Program-made: the position numbers and the translations under genes
Notes under the pieces: generated by a model
Databases searched by the model: none
What the model saw: the letters and a program-made list of their open reading frames with translations, nothing else
What the model was told of the DNA's origin: nothing
Source of the DNA: a virus
Lineage: Duplodnaviria; Heunggongvirae; Uroviricota; Caudoviricetes
DNA: 7,243 nucleotides
Reading direction: 5' to 3' (one strand)
Virus record (IMG/VR): IMGVR_UViG_3300023312_000109
Shown here: piece by piece, positions 1 to 5,147 of the stretch
How the letters are laid out: each line of letters starts with the position of its first letter
Position numbering within the stretch: the first letter of the stretch is position 1

Positions 1-2
1 CA

Positions 3-353
3 ACGCTGGCGGCGATGCCGGAGATGACGGTGGAAAAAGCCCGCCCGATCCTGGCGGCTGCACCACTGGCGGATGCCGGGCCCTCGCTTCGTGATCAGAT
101 CATGGCCCTGGATGAGGCAAAAGGGGCAGAAGCGCAGGCTGAAAAACTGGCGGCCTGCCCGGGAATGACCGTGGAGAACGCCCGGGCTGTGCTGGCTGCG
201 GGATCAGGTAAGGCCGAACCGGTCTCTGCATCCACAACCGCCCTGTTTGAACATTTCATGGCGAATCATTCACCGGCAGCGGTGCGGGGTGGCGTGTCAC
301 AGACGTCAGCAGACGGTGATGCGGACGTGAAAATGCTCATGGCCATGCCATGA
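3..353 (+). CDS. Head maturation protease / scaffold protein (lambda C/Nu3-like), C-terminal part; 5' end lies upstream of the window
   Basis: Frame is open from position 3 with no in-frame stop before the TGA at 351-353. It sits directly upstream of the D and E homologues, as C/Nu3 does in lambda. It contains two copies of a PxMTVExAR-x-LAA motif that I recall from the C-terminus of lambda C. The first Met at 15 is probably not the true start. Confidence 0.7.
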   Translation, partial: TLAAMPEMTVEKARPILAAAPLADAGPSLRDQIMALDEAKGAEAQAEKLAACPGMTVENARAVLAAGSGKAEPVSASTTALFEHFMANHSPAAVRGGVSQTSADGDADVKMLMAMP

Positions 354-389
354 AGTCAGTGCTGACCATCAATATGAGGTTTTAACAAA

Positions 390-737
390 ATGGTGACGAA
401 AACCATCACTGAACAGCGTGCGGAAGTACGTATTTTTGCCGGTAATGATCCGGCTCATACCGCCACAGGCAGCAGCGGGATTTCTTCTGCAACACCGGCT
501 CTGACGCCCCTGATGCTGGATGAAGCCACCGGGAAACTGGTGGTCTGGGATGGACAGAAAGCCGGTAGTGCGGTTGGCATACTGGTACTGCCGCTTGAAG
601 GCACAGAGACGGTGCTGACCTATTACAAGTCGGGGACCTTTGCGACGGAGGCAATCCGCTGGCCTGACAGTGTGGATGAACACAAAAAGGCAAATGCCTT
701 TGCCGGCACAGCCCTGAGTCACGCGGCTCTGCCGTAA
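390..737 (+). CDS. D: Head decoration protein (lambda gpD-like)
   Basis: 115 aa ORF with a GAGG RBS at 376-379. The product shares the conserved DPAHTAT, TPLMLD, W-DG, YKSGTF and AFAGTA motifs that I recognise from lambda gpD. It is immediately upstream of the capsid gene. Confidence 0.88.
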   Translation: MVTKTITEQRAEVRIFAGNDPAHTATGSSGISSATPALTPLMLDEATGKLVVWDGQKAGSAVGILVLPLEGTETVLTYYKSGTFATEAIRWPDSVDEHKKANAFAGTALSHAALP

Positions 738-794
738 CACGTTATCAGGCCACCATGGTGACCTGACTGATTTCTGAATGAAAGGAACTGATTT

Positions 795-1823
795 ATGGGA
801 TTGTTTACGACCCGCCAGTTACTCGGTTATACCGAACAAAAAGTGAAATTCCGTGCGCTGTTTCTGGAGCTGTTTTTCCGCCGTACGGTGAATTTCCACA
901 CCGAAGAGGTGATGCTGGACAAAATTACCGGAAAAACGCCGGTGGCGGCCTATGTCTCCCCGGTTGTTGAAGGAAAAGTGCTGCGTCATCGTGGTGGTGA
1001 AACCCGCGTGTTGCGTCCGGGCTACGTCAAGCCGAAACACGAATTTAATTACCAGCAGGCGGTTGAGCGCCTTCCTGGTGAAGATCCGGCTCAGCTGAAC
1101 GACCCGGCCTACCGTCGTCTGCGTATCATTACCGATAACCTCAAACAGGAAGAGCACGCCATTGTCCAGGTGGAAGAAATGCAGGCGGTGAATGCCGTGC
1201 TGTATGGCAAATACACCATGGAAGGGGATCAGTTTGATACTGTCGAGGTGGATTTCGGGCGCTCTGAAGGAAATAACATTGAGCAGGCTGACGGTAAAAA
1301 ATGGTCTGAGCAGGACCGTGATACGTTTGATCCGACGCATGATATTGACCTCTACTGCGATCAGGCCAGCGGCCTTGTGAATATCGCCATTATGGACGGT
1401 ACGGTCTGGCGTCTGCTGAATGGCTTTAAGCTGTTCCGCGAAAAACTGGATACCCGTCGCGGCTCAAATTCACAACTCGAAACGGCAGTGAAAGATCTGG
1501 GCGCAGTGGTGTCCTTCAAGGGGTATTACGGCGATCTGGCCATTGTGGTGGCGAAAACGTCTTATGTGGCAGAGGACGGTACCGAAAAACGTTATCTGCC
1601 GGAGGGCATGCTGGTGTTGGGGAATACGGCGGCAGAGGGGATTCGTTGCTATGGTGCCATTAAGGATGCACAGGCGTTGTCTGAAGGAGTGGTGGCTTCT
1701 TCCCGTTACCCGAAACACTGGCTGACCGTGGGCGATCCGTCCTGTGAATTCACCATGACGCAGTCCGCTCCGCTGATGGTGCTGCCGGATCCGGATGAGT
1801 TTGTGGTGGTACAGGTGAAATAA
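795..1823 (+). CDS. E: Major capsid protein (lambda gpE-like, HK97 fold family)
   Basis: 342 aa ORF with an AAAGGAA RBS at 781-787. It has extended similarity to lambda gpE as I recall it (TxQLL..EQK.KF..LFL.LFFR, PGYVKPKHE, DPAYRR.RII, QVEEMQAV.AVL.GKYTM, KLDTRRGSNS.LETAVKDLG, MVLGNT, SARYPK.W.T.GDP..EFTM.QSAPLM.L.DPDEFV). The size is essentially the same as lambda E. Confidence 0.95.
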   Translation: MGLFTTRQLLGYTEQKVKFRALFLELFFRRTVNFHTEEVMLDKITGKTPVAAYVSPVVEGKVLRHRGGETRVLRPGYVKPKHEFNYQQAVERLPGEDPAQLNDPAYRRLRIITDNLKQEEHAIVQVEEMQAVNAVLYGKYTMEGDQFDTVEVDFGRSEGNNIEQADGKKWSEQDRDTFDPTHDIDLYCDQASGLVNIAIMDGTVWRLLNGFKLFREKLDTRRGSNSQLETAVKDLGAVVSFKGYYGDLAIVVAKTSYVAEDGTEKRYLPEGMLVLGNTAAEGIRCYGAIKDAQALSEGVVASSRYPKHWLTVGDPSCEFTMTQSAPLMVLPDPDEFVVVQVK

Positions 1824-1830
1824 TCCGTGA

Positions 1831-1860
1831 GCGGGGGCGAAATGCCCCCGTGTCTTTTTT
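1831..1860 (+). terminator. Rho-independent terminator-like hairpin directly downstream of the capsid gene
   Basis: A perfect 7-bp GC-rich stem (CGGGGGC at 1832-1838 pairing with GCCCCCG at 1844-1850) with a 5-nt loop GAAAT, followed by the T-run TCTTTTTT at 1853-1860. It lies between the E stop (1821-1823) and the FI RBS. Confidence 0.6.
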
Positions 1861-1874
1861 CACAGGAGGCTGAG

Positions 1875-2258
1875 ATGGCAACAAAAGAAGAAAATCTGAA
1901 TCGTCTTCGTCAACTGGCTGACCTGCTGGGGCGCGAGGCGGATATGTCGGGGAGTGCTGCGGATATTGCTCAACGTGTGTCTGAGTGGGAAGAGGAGCTT
2001 GCTGTTTCCCCGGAGGGCATTATGCACTCTGATGAGAGCGGGGCTGATCAAAATCACACAGACGATGGTGAGCAGTTGAACAACACGGATGCTCCGGATG
2101 ATGTTAAAGCCGTCCGGGTACGGAAGTGCCTGCAAGTAATGGGGTATTGCCCGGAGACAGGTCGTCCCGTTGAGCTGGCGTTACGGGGTATGCGTGTTCT
2201 GGTGCCATCATCACTGGCAACGGCCATGATACAGCACGGAACGGCTGAATATGCGTGA
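1875..2258 (+). CDS. FI: DNA packaging / head assembly protein FI-like
   Basis: Start chosen at the ATG at 1875, which follows a strong RBS (AGGAGG at 1865-1870), rather than the track start at 1827, which overlaps the terminator hairpin. The position between E and FII matches lambda FI. The product has an N-terminal helical segment, an acidic low-complexity linker (DESGADQNHTDDGEQLNNTDAPDD) and a small C-terminal domain, as in gpFI. The primary sequence is diverged from lambda FI as I recall it. Confidence 0.72.
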   Translation: MATKEENLNRLRQLADLLGREADMSGSAADIAQRVSEWEEELAVSPEGIMHSDESGADQNHTDDGEQLNNTDAPDDVKAVRVRKCLQVMGYCPETGRPVELALRGMRVLVPSSLATAMIQHGTAEYA

Positions 2259-2604
2259 TTTTCAGAATGCCTTTGATGCTGCCCTCGCCGGGGTAGACAG
2301 TACGATCGTTGAAGTGATGGGGCTCTGTGCGCAGTTCACCTCGGGGGCACAGTGTGGCAGCGAAGTTCAGGGGGTTTTTGATGATCCGGAGTCGCTGGGG
2401 TTTGCCGGTGGCGGGGTCCGTATTGAAGGAAGCAGCCCGTCATTATTTGTGCGGACGGATACGGTTCGTGCCGTGCGGCGTGGTGACACGCTGACCATTA
2501 ATGGTGAGATATTCTGGGTGGATCGTGTTTCTCCGGATGACGGGGGCAGCTGTTATCTCTGGCTCAACCGTGGTCAACCACCCGCAGTTAACCGGCGACG
2601 ATAA
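2251..2604 (+). CDS. FII: Head-tail joining protein FII-like (head completion)
   Basis: 117 aa ORF. The C-terminal two thirds are nearly identical to lambda gpFII as I recall it (GVFDDPE, EGSSPSLFVRTD.VR..RRGDTLTI, FWVDRVSPDDGGSC.LWL.RG.PPAVNRRR). The start ATG at 2251 overlaps the FI stop at 2256-2258. Confidence 0.9.
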   Translation: MRDFQNAFDAALAGVDSTIVEVMGLCAQFTSGAQCGSEVQGVFDDPESLGFAGGGVRIEGSSPSLFVRTDTVRAVRRGDTLTINGEIFWVDRVSPDDGGSCYLWLNRGQPPAVNRRR

Positions 2605-2619
2605 ACGCAGGGTGAAATT

Positions 2620-3153
2620 ATGGCGATAAAAGGGCTTGATCAGGCGATTGACAATCTGAGCCGGGTTCGTAAAAACGCCATTCCGGCGGCTTCAGCAATG
2701 GCCATTAACCGCGTGGCCACAACGGCGATTAATCAGTCTTCATCACAGGTTGCCCGGGAGACAAAGGTTCGCCGGAAACTGGTTAAGGAACGGTCCAGAC
2801 TGAAACGGGCGACGGTCAGAAATCCGAATGCCAGAATTATCGTTAACCGCGGTGATCTCCCTGTGATTAAGCTGGGGATCAGGATGCTGGGGCGTCGCCC
2901 GAACAGCATACTTAAAGCCGGTCAGCATCGGTATCAGCGGGCATTTATTCAGAGATTAAAAAATGGTCGCTGGCATGTCATGCAGCGTGTGGCCGGGAAA
3001 AACCGTTACCCCATTGATGTGGTGAAAATCCCGATGGCGGTGCCGCTGACCACGGCGTTTAAACAGAATATTGAGCGGATACGGCGTGAGCGTCTTCCGA
3101 AAGAGCTGGGCTATGCGCTGCAGCATCAACTGAGAATGGTAATAAAGCGATGA
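2620..3153 (+). CDS. Z: Tail completion protein Z-like
   Basis: 177 aa ORF. The N-terminus (MAIKGL.QA..NLSR) and C-terminus ([69 protein letters not shown]) match lambda gpZ as I recall it. Confidence 0.9.
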   Translation: MAIKGLDQAIDNLSRVRKNAIPAASAMAINRVATTAINQSSSQVARETKVRRKLVKERSRLKRATVRNPNARIIVNRGDLPVIKLGIRMLGRRPNSILKAGQHRYQRAFIQRLKNGRWHVMQRVAGKNRYPIDVVKIPMAVPLTTAFKQNIERIRRERLPKELGYALQHQLRMVIKR

Positions 3154-3545
3154 AACATACTGAACTCCGTGCAGCCGTACTGGATGCACTGGAGAAGCAT
3201 GACACCGGGGCGACGCTTTTTGATGGTCGCCCTGCTGTTTTTGATGAGGAAGATTTTCCGGCAATTGCCGTTTATCTCACCGGCGCTGAATACACGGGCG
3301 AAGAGCTGGACAGCGATACCTGGCAGGCGGAGCTGCATATTGAAGTTTTCCTGCCTGCTCAGGTGCCGGATTCAGAGCTGGATTCGTGGATGGAGTCCCG
3401 GATTTATCCGGTGATGAGCGATATCCCGGCACTGTCAGATTTGATCACCAGTATGGTGGCCAGTGGCTATGACTACCGGCGCGACGATGATGCGGGCCTG
3501 TGGAGTTCAGCCGATCTGACTTATGTCATTACCTATGAAATGTGA
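3150..3545 (+). CDS. U: Tail terminator protein U-like
   Basis: 131 aa ORF that is near-identical over its whole length to lambda gpU as I recall it ([68 protein letters not shown]...). Its ATG at 3150 overlaps the Z stop (ATGA). Confidence 0.93.
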   Translation: MKHTELRAAVLDALEKHDTGATLFDGRPAVFDEEDFPAIAVYLTGAEYTGEELDSDTWQAELHIEVFLPAQVPDSELDSWMESRIYPVMSDIPALSDLITSMVASGYDYRRDDDAGLWSSADLTYVITYEM

Positions 3546-3552
3546 GGACGAT

Positions 3553-4293
3553 ATGCCAACACCAAATCCTCTGGCACCGGTGAAAGGGGCCGGGACCACA
3601 CTGTGGGTTTATAACGGGAGCGGCGACCCTTATGCAAACCCGCTTTCAGACAATGACTGGTCGCGTCTGGCAAAAATTAAAGACCTGACGCCCGGCGAAC
3701 TGACCGCTGAGTCCTATGACGACAGTTATCTCGATGATGAAGATGCGGACTGGACCGCGACCGGGCAGGGGCAGAAATCCGCCGGAGATACCAGCTTCAC
3801 GCTGGCGTGGATGCCCGGAGAGCAGGGGCAGCAGGCGCTGCTGGCGTGGTTTAATGAAGGTGATACCCGTGCCTATAAAATCCGCTTCCCGAACGGCACG
3901 GTCGATGTGTTCCGTGGCTGGGTCAGCAGTATCGGTAAGGCGGTGACGGCGAAGGAAGTGATCACCCGTACGGTGAAGGTCACCAATGTGGGCCGTCCGT
4001 CAATGGCAGAAGATCGCAGTACGGTGACGGCGGCAACCGGTATGACCGTGACGCCTGCCAGCTCCTCGGTGGTGAAAGGGCAGAGCACCACGCTGACCGT
4101 GGCCTTCCAGCCGGAGGGCGCAACTGACAAGAGCTTCCGTGCGGTGTCAGCGGATAAAACAAAAGCCACCGTGTCGGTCAGTGGTATGACCATCACCGTG
4201 AACGGCGTTGCTGCAGGCAAGGTCAACATTCCGGTTGTATCCGGTAATGGTGAACTTGCTGCGGTTGCAGAAATCACTGTCACCGACAGTTAA
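3553..4293 (+). CDS. V: Major tail tube protein V-like, with C-terminal Ig-like (Big_2-type) domain
   Basis: Start chosen at the ATG at 3553, preceded by a GAGGA RBS at 3544-3548; the track start at 3523 would overlap the end of U. The product (MPTPNP...[44 protein letters not shown]...) is near-identical to lambda gpV as I recall it, including the Ser/Thr/Val-rich C-terminal region. Confidence 0.93.
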   Translation: MPTPNPLAPVKGAGTTLWVYNGSGDPYANPLSDNDWSRLAKIKDLTPGELTAESYDDSYLDDEDADWTATGQGQKSAGDTSFTLAWMPGEQGQQALLAWFNEGDTRAYKIRFPNGTVDVFRGWVSSIGKAVTAKEVITRTVKVTNVGRPSMAEDRSTVTAATGMTVTPASSSVVKGQSTTLTVAFQPEGATDKSFRAVSADKTKATVSVSGMTITVNGVAAGKVNIPVVSGNGELAAVAEITVTDS

Positions 4294-4308
4294 TCCGGAG
4301 AGTCAGCG

Positions 4309-4731
4309 ATGTTCCTGAAAACCGAATCATTTGAACATAACGGCGTGACCGTCACGCTTTCTGAACTGTCAGCCCTGCAGCGTATTGAGCATCTCGCCCT
4401 GATGAAACAGCAGGCAGAACAGGCGGAGTCAGACAGCAACCGGCAGGTTACTGTGGAAGACGCCATCAGAACCGGTGCTTTTGTGGTGGCGATGTCCCTG
4501 TGGCATAACCATCCGCAGAAGACAAAGCAGCCTTCCATGAATGAAGCCGTTAAACAGATTGAGCAGGAAGTGCTTACCACCTGGCCCGCGGAGGCAATTT
4601 CTCATGCTGAAAACGTGGTGTACCGGCTGTCCGGTATGTATGGGTTTGTGGTGAATGATGCCCCTGACCAGGCAGAGGACTCCGGGCCTGCAGAGCCTGT
4701 TTCTGCGGGAAAGCGTTCGACGGTGAGCTGA
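4309..4731 (+). CDS. G: Tail assembly chaperone G-like (zero-frame product)
   Basis: 140 aa ORF with a GGAG RBS at 4297-4300. It is near-identical to lambda gpG as I recall it (MFLKTESFEHNGVTVTLSELSALQRIEHLALMK.QAEQAESDSNR...). It ends at the TGA at 4729-4731, shortly after the slippery site. Confidence 0.93.
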   Translation: MFLKTESFEHNGVTVTLSELSALQRIEHLALMKQQAEQAESDSNRQVTVEDAIRTGAFVVAMSLWHNHPQKTKQPSMNEAVKQIEQEVLTTWPAEAISHAENVVYRLSGMYGFVVNDAPDQAEDSGPAEPVSAGKRSTVS

Positions 4732-5147
4732 GTTTTGCCCTGAAACTGGCGCGTGAGATGGGGCGACCCGACTGGCGTGCCATGCTTGCCGGGATGTCAT
4801 CCACGGAGTATGCCGACTGGCACCGCTTTTACAGTACCCATTATTTTCATGATGTTCTGCTGGATATGCACTTTTCCGGGCTGACGTACACCGTGCTCAG
4901 CCTGTTTTTCAGCGATCCGGATATGCATCCGCTGGATTTCAGTCTGCTGAACCGGCGCGAGGCTGACGAAGAGCCTGAAGATGATGTGCTGATGCAGAAA
5001 GCGGCAGGGCTTGCCGGAGGTGTCCGCTTTGGCCCGGACGGGAATGAAGTTATCCCTACTTCCCCGGATGTGGCGGACATGACGGAGGATGACGTAATGC
5101 TGATGACAGTATCAGAAGGGATCGCAGGAGGAGTCCGGTATGGCTGA
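4309..5147 (+). CDS. T: Tail assembly chaperone G-T fusion, made by -1 frameshift at 4707-4713; the T-specific part is about 4713-5147
   Basis: The -1 frame downstream of the slippery site encodes ...FDGELSFALKLAREMGRPDWRAMLAGMSSTEYADWHRFYSTHYFHDVLLDMHFSGLTYTVL..., which matches the lambda gpT portion of gpG-T as I recall it. The track ORF 4758-5147 is simply the Met-initiated tail of this frame; no independent RBS is evident for it. Confidence 0.85.
4707..4713 (+). promoter_or_regulatory. Programmed -1 ribosomal frameshift slippery heptamer G_GGA_AAG (G to G-T)
   Basis: The heptamer GGGAAAG sits at 4707-4713, with GGA (4708-4710) and AAG (4711-4713) in the G zero frame. The -1 frame is open from here to the TGA at 5145-5147 and encodes the T-like sequence. 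This is the same heptamer and relative position as the lambda G-T frameshift site. Confidence 0.85.

Noticed and set aside
369-740. Minus-strand ORFs of 123 aa and 95 aa overlapping the D-like gene
   Set aside because: They are antisense to a well-supported conserved gene, have no RBS context, and their Arg/Cys/Pro-rich composition is typical of reverse-frame translation of GC-rich coding sequence.
819-1340. Minus-strand 173 aa ORF, and other minus or off-frame ORFs inside E (1192-1380, 1470-1718, 1543-1725)
   Set aside because: They lie entirely inside the strongly supported major capsid gene, have no recognisable homology, and are standard antisense or alternate-frame artefacts.
1827-1874. 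The upstream extension of the FI ORF in the track, which starts at 1827
   Set aside because: This ATG lies inside the terminator hairpin and has no RBS, whereas the ATG at 1875 has a near-consensus AGGAGG at optimal spacing. The extension is read-through of the intergenic region in frame.
2743-3414. Minus-strand and off-frame ORFs overlapping Z and U (2743-2928, 2956-3264, 3126-3338, 3169-3414)
   Set aside because: They overlap strongly conserved Z and U coding sequence and have no independent support.
3523-3552. The upstream extension of the V ORF in the track, which starts at 3523
   Set aside because: It would overlap the end of U by 23 nt with no RBS. The ATG at 3553 follows GAGGA and yields the N-terminus MPTPNP... 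that matches the lambda V N-terminus as I recall it.
4758-5147. The T-like ORF taken as an independent gene starting at the Met at 4758
   Set aside because: There is no RBS upstream of 4758, and the frame is open all the way back to the slippery site at 4707-4713. It is better explained as the frameshift-dependent C-terminal part of G-T.
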